Shown: positions 26,070 through 35,599, numbered from the stretch's first letter. The stretch: 47,447 bases of DNA from a virus (IMGVR_UViG_3300045988_093480:1-47447), one strand, 5' to 3'. A program made the numbers and translations. The notes: generated by a model from the sequence alone, not told the origin.

Positions 26070-27281
26070 TTATTTTCTCCTTTTACTTGCATGTACCGAC
26101 TTTTGACTAGTACTTCTATCAAATCCTTGCACTTGTGTTCTATTATCTTTTTTGCTTATATTAGCAGCATTACTAAAATTGCTGTATTCTTGTTTTTGTC
26201 TTTGAAGTTTTATGCTAGCATTTGTGAAAGCTTCTTTGTCCCCTGTTGCTCTATATCCAATTAACTCCCTTTTAGTTGCTCTTATCCTTGTTTCTATCTG
26301 TCGTTGCCTTTGAGTAGCTTCGTAATAAGTATATGTCTTGCCATTATACTCCATAGACTTGTATGGATTTATATTTTTCAAAGCTTCTTTTGTGTAAGTT
26401 CTTTTAGAAGCTCCCATTATAAAAGGCGCATAGCTATGTCGACAATTAGCCCCTAATAATCCTTCTACTGTTCCATAACCTGTCGCATCTTCAAAGTTTT
26501 CGTAATTTTCATCACTTCCGTAACGTTTATATACTTCACCTTGCCATTCTTCATGACTTGGTCTAGCTCCAGGATGTGCACTTACTTCCACATATTCGCA
26601 TCCCATTTCGTCCATTTGAAAATCTGTCATACTTGCCGCCATTTGATTTACTCCAGTTCTTATGGCTCTCCTTACTGCTACATCAACCCTGTTATGCCAT
26701 CCACTTTCATAGTTAATCCATCTAACTCCACTTTCAGATAGCTTTTTTACTGCTTGTCTCGTTGCTGTTGTTTTATCTAAAACACCAGTTGATACTTGAA
26801 AATGAGCTAAATCCAAAGCTTCTTGATAGAATTTAGTGAGTTTTCTATTTTTCACCTTGCCATTAACACCTCTAGTGCAAAAACCAAGTGAATTAGTCAT
26901 ATTCTCAAATTCTCCTTTAGTTTGTTTTATTGCTGCTTCTAATAATTTTTGAAACTCAGGAGAAGAATGTAAATGCATCGGAGTTAACTTAGCATTTTTA
27001 TATATTGCATTATCAAAGTTTATTGACTTTATAGCACTTTCTCTAAATAGCCTTTCTATTTCTTTATCTGACTTTTTAAGTATTTTTGCTATCTTTTTCT
27101 TTATTACATCCTCGGCTATTCCTAGCTCTTGCGCTCTTATATATTGCCATTCAGCAGTGCTTGTTATTGTAGCTGCTTTGTTTATTCTTCTTGCAATATC
27201 TTCAATTATAAAATCTTCTAGCTCTTGATATAATTTTTCTATTCTTCTTGGTACTTTTTTCAAATAGTTAGGTGTTAACAT
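26070..27281 (-). CDS. Minor head protein (SPP1 gp7 / Mu F family)
   Basis: Motifs VEVSAHPGARPSHEEWQG...GANCRHS, located after the portal gene. Confidence 0.85.
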   Translation of the reverse strand: MLTPNYLKKVPRRIEKLYQELEDFIIEDIARRINKAATITSTAEWQYIRAQELGIAEDVIKKKIAKILKKSDKEIERLFRESAIKSINFDNAIYKNAKLTPMHLHSSPEFQKLLEAAIKQTKGEFENMTNSLGFCTRGVNGKVKNRKLTKFYQEALDLAHFQVSTGVLDKTTATRQAVKKLSESGVRWINYESGWHNRVDVAVRRAIRTGVNQMAASMTDFQMDEMGCEYVEVSAHPGARPSHEEWQGEVYKRYGSDENYENFEDATGYGTVEGLLGANCRHSYAPFIMGASKRTYTKEALKNINPYKSMEYNGKTYTYYEATQRQRQIETRIRATKRELIGYRATGDKEAFTNASIKLQRQKQEYSNFSNAANISKKDNRTQVQGFDRSTSQKSVHASKRRK

Positions 27282-27283
27282 TT

Positions 27284-28708
27284 TTATTCCTCATCATATT
27301 CTAAAGGTTTCACTAGATCTTCTGCTTGTGGCATCATTTCTTGAGCTGTCTTTTCATCAACTCCATATTTTTTCATAATATAAAGTTCTGGGCGAATTAA
27401 TCCACTTGAAACATCTTGTTGCATGCTTGCTAGTTCTTCTTTTTTATCTACAATTAAACTGTCATCCCAATTAAATGTCATTTCATAATCACTAGAACTT
27501 GATTTTCCTATTAAAGAAGCCCATACATTCATAGCGTAGGCTAAGTTTTTCAAAGCATTTTCTAAAGATTTTTGTATATCCGATACTGTAGCATAAGAAC
27601 GTTGCTTGCTCATTATAATTTCTGTAGCAGTTTTTGCAGTTTCTTGTACATTACTAAGAGTTCCATATGCTAAGCCACAGTTAAATTCAATTTTTCTAAG
27701 AAGCTCATTTAAACCATTAAATAAAGATTCATCCCTTATTGTTGGACTAAATGTATCTAACATTTTATTCCCACTAGAATTGTCAAATTCAAAAGTTCTA
27801 TAAAGTCTTTGTTTTGTTGTTGGTAATATAGGTCTACCTTTTTTGTCAGTTGTAAAAGCTTCTATTCCAGCATTTATAGCAAGTTCTGAACCTTCATATT
27901 CCCATAACGTTCTAGAATATTGCTTATCTGCTTCTTTTATTTGTTCTACAGCTCTACTGTATACACTCACTCCTAAGGGTGATGCAGCATCTATATTGTT
28001 TGCAATAGGTATTTTAAAGTAAGAAAATAAGGGCTTATCAATATTTTTTATACAACTTTCTTCTTCTAAATTAGACCATTCTTCCACTTGAGATAATGGA
28101 ATTCTATTTCCTAAATCAATGTTACTATTTAGATCTATGCTTGAATTACTATAATTTTGTTTTTCAAAAGCTAAATTAGAAATATAATATCCATCTTTTT
28201 CAAGTCTATGATATTCAAGCCTTGTATAAATCATATTTCCAGTTTGTTTAAACTCTGTAAACACTGCCCCAGTAACATCCCCACTACTATTAAAATCGGT
28301 AGGATAGAAGTTATTAGCTTGCGTAAGGTCTATAGCTATGTTATCCCCATCTATATAAGGTTTAAATACTAATCCACCTTTAGCACATGCATACTCCGTA
28401 TAATTTCTTATTTTCTTAATTACTCTTTGATACTGTTCATCGAGATAATCATTTCCTTGAATTGATGTTTTTAATTCTAACGTAACTAATCTAGCAAATT
28501 CGCCAGCTATTACAGAAGCTAAATTCATACTTTGAGTTGTGTCGTCTATCCATGGCGCTTTATCTTTGTACATATAATGCCATAATTCTATAGCATCTCT
28601 CATTTCATTAGATATTGAAATGTCTACATTTAGTTCTCGCTTTAACGTATCTGTTCCAAACAATTTCCCTAACACCCCCTTTACTGCATTTTTAAATCTT
28701 GAAAACAT
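27284..28708 (-). CDS. Portal protein
   Basis: 474 aa between TerL and the MuF-like gene. Confidence 0.85.
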   Translation of the reverse strand: MFSRFKNAVKGVLGKLFGTDTLKRELNVDISISNEMRDAIELWHYMYKDKAPWIDDTTQSMNLASVIAGEFARLVTLELKTSIQGNDYLDEQYQRVIKKIRNYTEYACAKGGLVFKPYIDGDNIAIDLTQANNFYPTDFNSSGDVTGAVFTEFKQTGNMIYTRLEYHRLEKDGYYISNLAFEKQNYSNSSIDLNSNIDLGNRIPLSQVEEWSNLEEESCIKNIDKPLFSYFKIPIANNIDAASPLGVSVYSRAVEQIKEADKQYSRTLWEYEGSELAINAGIEAFTTDKKGRPILPTTKQRLYRTFEFDNSSGNKMLDTFSPTIRDESLFNGLNELLRKIEFNCGLAYGTLSNVQETAKTATEIIMSKQRSYATVSDIQKSLENALKNLAYAMNVWASLIGKSSSSDYEMTFNWDDSLIVDKKEELASMQQDVSSGLIRPELYIMKKYGVDEKTAQEMMPQAEDLVKPLEYDEE

Positions 28709-28720
28709 AATATAACCTCC

Positions 28721-30124
28721 TTATGCATTCAATAATCTTGATGTATATCTTTCTATTGTATATTCATACGCATCTAGTGTATCTATGTCACTTGACCCAT
28801 CATCAAGTCTTACATCTTCAGTTATTTCTTTTGGGTCGTATATAGCACTACTAAGAGCAGTTTCTAAAGTATCACAATCATCTTTTTCATAGAAGAATCT
28901 ATTTTGGGATAATAGCATGCATGTGAGTTTTATTCTATCATTTATACAACTTTTCAATGCATCTGTTATTCTTACATTACCTAAATTTGCTTTTTTAGCT
29001 GAATTTCTTAATCCTCTTATTAATACTTGTTCAGCACTATCACAGTATACACATGTAATAAAACCATACTTATATATAATTTTCTTTAGAAAATCAACAA
29101 ATAAGTCTCCTAGTTTTATTGGGTCTATATCTCCAAAATGTCTTTCGCTAGCTAAAACTTTCACTTCTTTAAATCCTGGAGTAATACCAGTAGCTACGAA
29201 AGCATGTCCTGAACCAGTTCCACCAAAGTCAACTCCTATATTTATCTTCATAAACAAATCGCTATCAGATTTATTATTAAAATCTTTTAAAAGTTTATTT
29301 TTATCTTTCAAATCATTGTACTTGAATTGATATTGTTTCGGATTATTTGCAAAGCTTCTATATATAAGTCCTTCAGCAATACATCTTTTACCTAAAATAT
29401 CTCTTTGATACCAGATAGATGTTTTGTCATACTGAGATTTTATTTCATTTCGTCTTTCCTCTGTGATATTTATATTATCGTCTATTGTAAAATGCGCATA
29501 ATTATAACCCCCTAGAAGCTCACCTTTTTTATTTAAATCGTCATATTTATCAATATATTCTGTATAAATAGGGGCATTTGGATTATCTGGGTTGAGGTCC
29601 CAAAAGAATTTTCTTCTTTTAGCAGCAATAGTTCTGTTATAAGCTTCTTTTATTGTATTGTCATGATGTAAATTGATTTCTGTTGCAATCCACATGCCAT
29701 ATGAGTTACCTCTTATTTTCTTAAATGAGTTAGCTAATGCACCTCCTGAAAATATAACTATCTTTTGTTTATTTTTCGTTGAAGGTCCTTTTATATAAAG
29801 GCATTCATTCCCTTTATATTTTCCCCAATGACATTGACCTCTAAATATATATTCCAATCCAAAGCCATTAGCATCGCCGATATTAAGTTTCGCATTAGCA
29901 CTTGTAGATCCTGTCGCAAGATGTATTCTATCTGGAGTAGTTTTTAGTTCATGAGCAAAAGCATAAACGTTATCTACTGTTTTACCTGCTCTTACTGCTC
30001 CCTCTGCAAAATTAAAAGTATTTCTTACACAGTTTCTAATATAATTTTTATGTTTATCAGAAAAGTTAAATGGTATAGTTTTTTTCTTAGTTATCATCAC
30101 CATATAAATCACTATCCGTTTCAC
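28721..30124 (-). CDS. terL: Terminase large subunit
   Basis: Walker A GAVRAGKT and a C-terminal nuclease-like acidic region. The true start is probably the ATG at 30103 or 30097. Confidence 0.9.
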   Translation of the reverse strand: MKRIVIYMVMITKKKTIPFNFSDKHKNYIRNCVRNTFNFAEGAVRAGKTVDNVYAFAHELKTTPDRIHLATGSTSANAKLNIGDANGFGLEYIFRGQCHWGKYKGNECLYIKGPSTKNKQKIVIFSGGALANSFKKIRGNSYGMWIATEINLHHDNTIKEAYNRTIAAKRRKFFWDLNPDNPNAPIYTEYIDKYDDLNKKGELLGGYNYAHFTIDDNINITEERRNEIKSQYDKTSIWYQRDILGKRCIAEGLIYRSFANNPKQYQFKYNDLKDKNKLLKDFNNKSDSDLFMKINIGVDFGGTGSGHAFVATGITPGFKEVKVLASERHFGDIDPIKLGDLFVDFLKKIIYKYGFITCVYCDSAEQVLIRGLRNSAKKANLGNVRITDALKSCINDRIKLTCMLLSQNRFFYEKDDCDTLETALSSAIYDPKEITEDVRLDDGSSDIDTLDAYEYTIERYTSRLLNA

Positions 30125-30929
30125 TTAAATCTTCTATCTCTGTATTATTACCAGTCAGCTTGTCAGTTTTTGCTTTTATATTATCTATTCTTGCTTTTTG
30201 TTCCTCTGTCGCTAGCTCTGGTTTATTATTTATAAGTTCAGAAGCTTGTTTTATAAGACTTCTAAGTTCTGACATTGCTCTAGATTGAGCATTTAAAAAC
30301 GTTGCTTGTCTATCCCATGCGAATTGAAATTCATATTCTATTTCTTCTCCAAACTCTGTGTCTTTATGCTTTTTAATCTCTTTAATCATTTCATTTTTAT
30401 CTTTTACATACATGATTTTTTGAGCTCTTATTATGGCAGCATATTGAATAGTTATTTGCTCTAATAGAATATCTAGTGGATTTTTCTCTTGTATTTCTTC
30501 TATTATTTCTAATGTATCATCTGGCAGATATTTTGAAAAAAATCCATGAGTTTCAGCTTTTTTATTCCCTATAGGACCACCAGGACCACCGATATTCCCA
30601 ACAGCATTTTTATTTCCTATAGGTGCTCCACCTAATGAGGTCGAGTTGGTTTTGGAACTTTTTTCATTTAATTTATTTAAATTACCACAATCGGCTCGTT
30701 TGCTAGTTTTTTTAACTTTTTTTGTATCTTTTTTATTAGTAACGTTCCTTTTGTTTTTTGGTAACGTTCCTTTTAATTTTTCTTCCCATTTGTCTTGGAA
30801 TTTCCACTTTCTAATTTGAGTATCTTTTGCATCAAGTTGTGTGGCAATATCTTTTAGCAAAATTTCTCCGTTATGTTGTTTATATATTTCAAATGCTTTA
30901 TCCCTGTTTGGACTTCTTGCTCTGGACAT
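30087..30929 (-). CDS. terS: Terminase small subunit
   Basis: N-terminal HTH ([25 protein letters not shown]), a Gly-rich linker, and position upstream of terL. Confidence 0.8.
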   Translation of the reverse strand: MSRARSPNRDKAFEIYKQHNGEILLKDIATQLDAKDTQIRKWKFQDKWEEKLKGTLPKNKRNVTNKKDTKKVKKTSKRADCGNLNKLNEKSSKTNSTSLGGAPIGNKNAVGNIGGPGGPIGNKKAETHGFFSKYLPDDTLEIIEEIQEKNPLDILLEQITIQYAAIIRAQKIMYVKDKNEMIKEIKKHKDTEFGEEIEYEFQFAWDRQATFLNAQSRAMSELRSLIKQASELINNKPELATEEQKARIDNIKAKTDKLTGNNTEIEDLSETDSDLYGDDN

Positions 30930-30943
30930 TTATCACCACCTCG

Positions 30944-31201
30944 TTATTTTTCTAATTTATTTATCAATTTATTTCTATATCTATTATCATTTGTTAATCT
31001 AATAAGATTTTCTATATCTCTTTTACTTAGCTTATCGTCAATCTCTCTTTTTATAGCCATAATAACCAGTATCTTAGCTTTATAAAAATTATTTACATGT
31101 GTATGTCCGTTTTCAAATTTCTTGTTTGTATTATGGATAACATATCCATAATCACATCTATAGATTGAATACTCTTTTCTCTGAAATATTTTTCTACTCA
31201 T
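30944..31201 (-). CDS. Hypothetical 85-aa protein, first gene after the late leader
   Basis: Start taken at the ATG at 31201, because the longer track ORF runs through the terminator and the tRNA-like element. Confidence 0.55.
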   Translation of the reverse strand: MSRKIFQRKEYSIYRCDYGYVIHNTNKKFENGHTHVNNFYKAKILVIMAIKREIDDKLSKRDIENLIRLTNDNRYRNKLINKLEK

Positions 31202-31230
31202 TTTTAGATCAACTCTTTCTTTGCACAACA

Positions 31231-31256
31231 AAAGGAGCCCATGAAGGGCTCTTTTC
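31231..31256 (-). terminator. Intrinsic terminator at the end of the late leader
   Basis: Minus strand reads AAAGAGCCC-ttca-TGGGCTCCTTTTGTTGT. Confidence 0.6.
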
Positions 31257-31313
31257 CAAATTGAGTATGAGATTAAAATCTGTTTCTGTTGTTGTATGAT
31301 AGTAATTACAATT

Positions 31314-31369
31314 AGCAAGCTACAGGATTCGAACCTGTATCACATAGGGGAGTGATTTCCATTACTTGC
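31314..31369 (-). other. tRNA-like element: perfect T-arm plus acceptor stem, with no D-arm
   Basis: ACAGG-TTCGAAT-CCTGT (31322..31338). 3' acceptor AGCTTGC pairs with GCAAGTA (31363..31369). Only 22 nt lie where the D and anticodon arms belong, and the would-be anticodon loop has 8 nt. Confidence 0.45.
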
Positions 31370-31601
31370 ATGTTGCTGGGATTACTCCCAGCTATTCATA
31401 ACCTTAAAGGAGGATGCATAACTATGCATCAAAAAAACCAATGTTTCGAAAAAAACTGTAGCAATTATACTAGTCAAATAGGTTACCAGGCTATCTGACA
31501 TTCAATAAGAGTTCGTAAAGGAAACAACCTTTTTATTAGAGTTTCTCTATACTATCATTATATTATCGGTAATCCCCTATGAAAACCCCACATATTCCCT
31601 A

Positions 31602-32087
31602 TTAAATCCCCAATGCTTCAACTCCCCACAATAAGATATTTAATTTATTTAATACCTCTTTTGCCCATCTTGCTGGAGTGTTCTTGCCTGTATTAAGTCT
31701 TTCGGCTATTTCTTCATATGTAATTTTTTCTATGTAATACATATGAAAAGCATCGTATATGTAATAAGTTCCGTTTTCTTCGTATTCATCAGCTAATATT
31801 TCTAATGATATATCTATACAAGAAACCATTTGTGCTGTTCTTGCTTTTGTTCTAAGTACGCTGTTAAGGAATATATCATTTTCTTCTAGTGCATCTTGTA
31901 ATTCTTCTCCAAAATATCCTTTGAAACCATCGCTATTAACTTTTTCTATATGATTTTTTAGTTTGTCGTAGTTTTTCATTAATAGTTTAGTATTGTGTAA
32001 TCTTTTATCTTTTTGTTGTTTTTTTATTTCAAATACTACTTCCTTAGCTAATTCTTTTACTTGTTCACTTACGTTTAATGTTGCCAT
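31602..32087 (-). CDS. Late transcription regulator (ArpU / sigma-70 region-4-like)
   Basis: 161 aa with C-terminal HTH YEEIAERLNTGKNTPARWAKEVLNKL. Last early gene before the packaging module. Confidence 0.65.
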   Translation of the reverse strand: MATLNVSEQVKELAKEVVFEIKKQQKDKRLHNTKLLMKNYDKLKNHIEKVNSDGFKGYFGEELQDALEENDIFLNSVLRTKARTAQMVSCIDISLEILADEYEENGTYYIYDAFHMYYIEKITYEEIAERLNTGKNTPARWAKEVLNKLNILLWGVEALGI

Positions 32088-32127
32088 GCTCCCACACTCC
32101 TGTTATAATATTATTAAGGAATTTGTC

Positions 32128-32152
32128 GGAATGTGAAAGCATTCCTTTTTTT
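32128..32152 (+). terminator. Plus-strand-oriented intrinsic terminator just upstream of the late regulator start
   Basis: GGAATG-tgaaag-CATTCC followed by T7 on the plus strand only. Confidence 0.5.
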
Positions 32153-32266
32153 ATGTCAATTATTTGTATTTTATCTCTTTAAGCAATTCAATATGTTGTT
32201 TTAATTCTTTTTTGTCATTTCCGTATTTTTTAGGATTAAATTCAAATCTATACCCTAGTTGTCTTA

Positions 32267-32533
32267 TTATAAATTTTGCATTAAAAATATAAACTGCTTT
32301 TTTAGAAAAGTTTTTATATCATGTAAATCATTATTTCCGTAATCACCTTTTATATTATCATGACTTTCTAAAATATTTAGTATCTTAATTACGTACATTT
32401 CATTGCACGGTTTTATACCATTATGCATTTGAACAATCCAGTTGCTCATTTTTCTAAAATCTTTTTCAGCTTCTTTGTATTCTTTTGATAGATATGTGTA
32501 TCCATTATCTTCTAGCATTGTTCTTAATGACAT
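32267..32533 (-). CDS. Hypothetical 88-aa protein carrying an in-frame A_AAA_AAG heptamer
   Basis: ORF with RBS GAGGTG. Heptamer at 32297..32303. The -1 frame stays open to 32160. Confidence 0.6.
   Translation of the reverse strand: MSLRTMLEDNGYTYLSKEYKEAEKDFRKMSNWIVQMHNGIKPCNEMYVIKILNILESHDNIKGDYGNNDLHDIKTFLKKQFIFLMQNL
32297..32303 (-). promoter_or_regulatory. Candidate -1 frameshift heptamer A_AAA_AAG
   Basis: The zero frame reads CTA AAA AAG, the canonical phasing of this heptamer. Confidence 0.35.
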
Positions 32534-32549
32534 ATTTTTACACCTCGTT

Positions 32550-33059
32550 TTATTCTAATTTGCTATTCAATATGTTAGCCATCTTTGTTATATTTTCTAA
32601 ATTATCTTCATTTCCTGAAAATAATGGAAGTTCTGTATTTATTTTAAATCCGAATGGTACTTCGTTAAATCCTGCTGTTAGCATTTTCTTAGCTTGTTCA
32701 TCTCCAAATAATTCCTTTAATCTGTTATATCCCCATGAATTTCCGTTAAATATATCTATACAGCAGTCACATAATGTTTGTTTTGCATATTTATAATATT
32801 TAACACTAATTGGGTAACCTTCATCACCTTTTTTACCTTCTGTTATTCCACATCTTTCACATGCTTTTTCATTATTATCTGATATTTCTTTTGGCACTCC
32901 TAATTTATCTAATATTTTATTAAAAAATTCTATTTTTTTATTTGCATCTTCTAAATCAACATCTTCATCGTTACATAATGATATCCCAATTTTTAAAAGT
33001 TCTTCTTTCATTAAAGATATTAAAGTGCTTATTTCTTTATTGTTTAAATTTTTATTCAT
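32550..33059 (-). CDS. Hypothetical Cys-containing protein
   Basis: 169-aa ORF with RBS GGAGGA. Confidence 0.6.
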   Translation of the reverse strand: MNKNLNNKEISTLISLMKEELLKIGISLCNDEDVDLEDANKKIEFFNKILDKLGVPKEISDNNEKACERCGITEGKKGDEGYPISVKYYKYAKQTLCDCCIDIFNGNSWGYNRLKELFGDEQAKKMLTAGFNEVPFGFKINTELPLFSGNEDNLENITKMANILNSKLE

Positions 33060-33171
33060 AATTTTCCTCCAATTCCTTTTCAGCTAATTTAATCGCATCC
33101 AATGTGTTATATCCCTTTTCTATGTATTTCTTAGCCAGTTCGACTAATTCTTTGTATCTTGCTAATATCAA
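33052..33171 (-). CDS. Small 39-aa helical protein (TTG start)
   Basis: AGGAGGTGA lies 5 nt upstream of the TTG. The stop overlaps the next ATG (ATGAATAA). Confidence 0.4.
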   Translation of the reverse strand: MILARYKELVELAKKYIEKGYNTLDAIKLAEKELEENYE

Positions 33172-33182
33172 TTACTCACCTC

Positions 33183-33941
33183 CTAAAATAAACATAACTG
33201 GTCACTAACTGTCAGCATTTCTTTTTGTGCTTTTTCATAGAACTTTTTATCTACTTCAAAACCGTATGCACTTCTGTTAATCTCTCTTGCTACTTTTAGT
33301 GTTATTCCACTTCCCGCTACTGGATCTATAACTACATCACCTTCATCAGTAAATAATTGAATTAATCTTTTTATAACTTTAGAAGGCTTTTGAGTTGGAT
33401 GTATCTTGGGATATTCTTTTCCATCTCTTTCCCATTTCATCCAGTTAAAAACCATTTCTTTGTTGTTGTTAAACTTAGGTAACTTGTCCCTATAAAGTAC
33501 AACTGCAAATTCAGTTGCTCCTACTATTCTCATATTTGCTTTTAAAACTTGTGGTGAGTAATTTTTTATAAAGAATAATGGATAACTATTTTTAAATCCA
33601 TATTTCTTTCCGTAACTTATCACAGTTTGTATTTGGTCGAAAGCACAAAATACAATCATTGCAGGTGCTTTGCCTTTTTCTTTTGGCTCTTTTATAAGCA
33701 GTTTATTACAAAAGTGAAAATATTCAGCTATGTTAAAATTGTTATCTGTATTAAAAAACATCTTTCCAGCTTTTTTACTTTCTCCGTTTTTATTATCTCC
33801 ACCTACATACCATTCTGGATTACTTCCGTATGCATTTACTCCTACGTTATATGGAATATCTGCTATTACAAGTTGTGCTTTTGGTATTCCATATCTTTTG
33901 TAGTTTTGAAAGTTATCATTTATTAATTGTGTCTTTATCAT
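33183..33941 (-). CDS. Orphan DNA methyltransferase (beta-class N6-A/N4-C)
   Basis: Motif IV DIPYNVG near the N-terminus and motif I VIDPVAGSGIT near the C-terminus. Confidence 0.85.
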   Translation of the reverse strand: MIKTQLINDNFQNYKRYGIPKAQLVIADIPYNVGVNAYGSNPEWYVGGDNKNGESKKAGKMFFNTDNNFNIAEYFHFCNKLLIKEPKEKGKAPAMIVFCAFDQIQTVISYGKKYGFKNSYPLFFIKNYSPQVLKANMRIVGATEFAVVLYRDKLPKFNNNKEMVFNWMKWERDGKEYPKIHPTQKPSKVIKRLIQLFTDEGDVVIDPVAGSGITLKVAREINRSAYGFEVDKKFYEKAQKEMLTVSDQLCLF

Positions 33942-33949
33942 ATTCCCTC

Positions 33950-34465
33950 CTAAAAGAATGTCAGTTGTTCGTAATCAACTTGTTTTATTTCTTCTTTTTC
34001 AAATTCGTATTTTAGTCTTTCTCTTTCTAGATCCTCAAATTTGCTTTGGTCTCCACATGCTTTATGAAAACAATCATCACATAACCATACACAATCTGCT
34101 TCATCACTTCTAATATTTGCTTTATGACCTTCTTGATTGATTTCTTTTGCACAGTTGTAACATTTAATACCAAGTAACTTTTCTTGTCTCAATTCTTCAT
34201 CGTTATAATTAATTTTTCTTTCTTCATCTAGCCAATCTACTCTATTGCAAGTATAAACACATAAATTAGATTTTTCACATCCATAGCAACAAGCATTTGT
34301 ACACATTTTCTCTTGTTGAATCATTGCTATCAACTCTTGTCTTCTTATTTCATTTTCTTCTTTTATGCCCTCTATCGCTTCTTCTATCTCTGCCATGATT
34401 AATTCTTTTACTCCGTCCATACGTTCACAGCCAAACGGTGTCATGTTGCCACATTCAAATTCCAT
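33950..34465 (-). CDS. Cys-rich hypothetical protein
   Basis: Start taken at the ATG at 34465, after AAGGTGA. Contains multiple CxxC pairs. Confidence 0.6.
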   Translation of the reverse strand: MEFECGNMTPFGCERMDGVKELIMAEIEEAIEGIKEENEIRRQELIAMIQQEKMCTNACCYGCEKSNLCVYTCNRVDWLDEERKINYNDEELRQEKLLGIKCYNCAKEINQEGHKANIRSDEADCVWLCDDCFHKACGDQSKFEDLERERLKYEFEKEEIKQVDYEQLTFF

Positions 34466-34466
34466 T

Positions 34467-34835
34467 TTATTCACCTTGTTTATCTTCCAATTCTTTTGCT
34501 AATCTAAACATTGAAAATATCTTGCTTGATTTTGGTATGTATTTATATCCATCTATTTCGCAAGTATTACCATTTACACATTTCATTCCTTTTGCAACTC
34601 CGAATAACTTGCAAATAACTGGTCTAACTTTGTATATCAAACATTTTTTATTTTCTTCATCTCTAAAATAACAAGTGTTATCTAAACGAAAAAATGGTTT
34701 TATATTATTCTTTATGCAATAATCCTTGATAGTTTTATATTCTCTTTCTCCCATTAAAACTGGACCACAACATTTGCCACAATTAGTGCAATTAGTGTGT
34801 TTCGGTATATACTCAACATTCTTTATATTATTCAT
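34467..34835 (-). CDS. YkgJ-like Cys-cluster (CxxCxxCC) protein
   Basis: CTNCGKCCGP motif. Confidence 0.65.
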   Translation of the reverse strand: MNNIKNVEYIPKHTNCTNCGKCCGPVLMGEREYKTIKDYCIKNNIKPFFRLDNTCYFRDEENKKCLIYKVRPVICKLFGVAKGMKCVNGNTCEIDGYKYIPKSSKIFSMFRLAKELEDKQGE

Positions 34836-34846
34836 TTTATTTCCCC

Positions 34847-35038
34847 CTATTTCAAGCTTAGTTCAAATAAAAATGTATCATAATTGTCTAGTTCATCCTC
34901 TGCCATGTTGTCAGCATCCAATTTTCCTCTCTTTGCTTTACTTATCGCTTGAATAAGTTCTGAACATTCTTCCATTGCAATAGTTGTACAAAGTTCTTCA
35001 TTTTCTGTTGCTTTCATAAACTCTTTATTTTGTTGCAT
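34847..35038 (-). CDS. Small MazG-like NTP pyrophosphohydrolase-related protein (short form)
   Basis: EECSELIQAISKAKRGK resembles the MazG-type helix. Only 63 aa. Confidence 0.4.
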   Translation of the reverse strand: MQQNKEFMKATENEELCTTIAMEECSELIQAISKAKRGKLDADNMAEDELDNYDTFLFELSLK

Positions 35039-35056
35039 TTACTTCTCCTTAATCAT

Positions 35057-35233
35057 TTATTTGTTTAAGTTGTTCTCAAATTGTTCTATTTTTTGAGAAA
35101 TTCCTCTTTGTTCAAGAAATTTGTGAGCCTTTGTATCTTCGTAGTCGTTAAAAATACAGTCACCTAAAAACAAGCAAAATATAATCATTACAATGAAAAA
35201 CATTAATTCACTTCCACCACTTTGCTTTGACAT
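35057..35233 (-). CDS. 58-aa single-pass membrane protein
   Basis: Not in the track. RBS AAGGGGG. Hydrophobic core LMFFIVMIIFCLFLG. Confidence 0.5.
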   Translation of the reverse strand: MSKQSGGSELMFFIVMIIFCLFLGDCIFNDYEDTKAHKFLEQRGISQKIEQFENNLNK

Positions 35234-35245
35234 ATCTTCGCCCCC

Positions 35246-35599
35246 TTATATATTTAGATATTTTTTTATTATCTGTATAGCTTCTTCGCAGCTGTAACAA
35301 ACCTTAACCTCATATCCTTGCTCTAACAGTTTTCTAATCCATTTCTTTTGATTTTCTGTGCATTTGTTACGTCCTACCTTCATTTCGATGAATAGACCGT
35401 ATTTTTGACTTCTAGGAACTGGTAAAAATAAATCTGGTACTCCTGATTTTGTCCCTGTAGCTTTTAGTTTTCTAGCTTCTCCTTTATTTCTATATCCCCC
35501 ATTAGGAATAGCAAATATCATTTTTAGTTCTGAATATTTACAAGATTGTAAGTTACACCATTGAATTAGAGTTGCTTGTTCTAAATCTTCACCTTTCAT
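35246..35599 (-). CDS. VRR-NUC domain nuclease
   Basis: GVPDLFL ... LFIEMKVG (PD-(D/E)xK). Start at the ATG at 35599, after GGAGGA. Confidence 0.8.
   Translation of the reverse strand: MKGEDLEQATLIQWCNLQSCKYSELKMIFAIPNGGYRNKGEARKLKATGTKSGVPDLFLPVPRSQKYGLFIEMKVGRNKCTENQKKWIRKLLEQGYEVKVCYSCEEAIQIIKKYLNI

Noticed and set aside
31314-31369. A functional tRNA gene.
   Set aside because: Only the T-arm and acceptor stem are canonical. The D-arm is absent, the would-be anticodon loop has 8 nt and no U33/purine-37 pattern, and there is an A-A mismatch at the base of the acceptor stem. It is kept as a tRNA-like element only.
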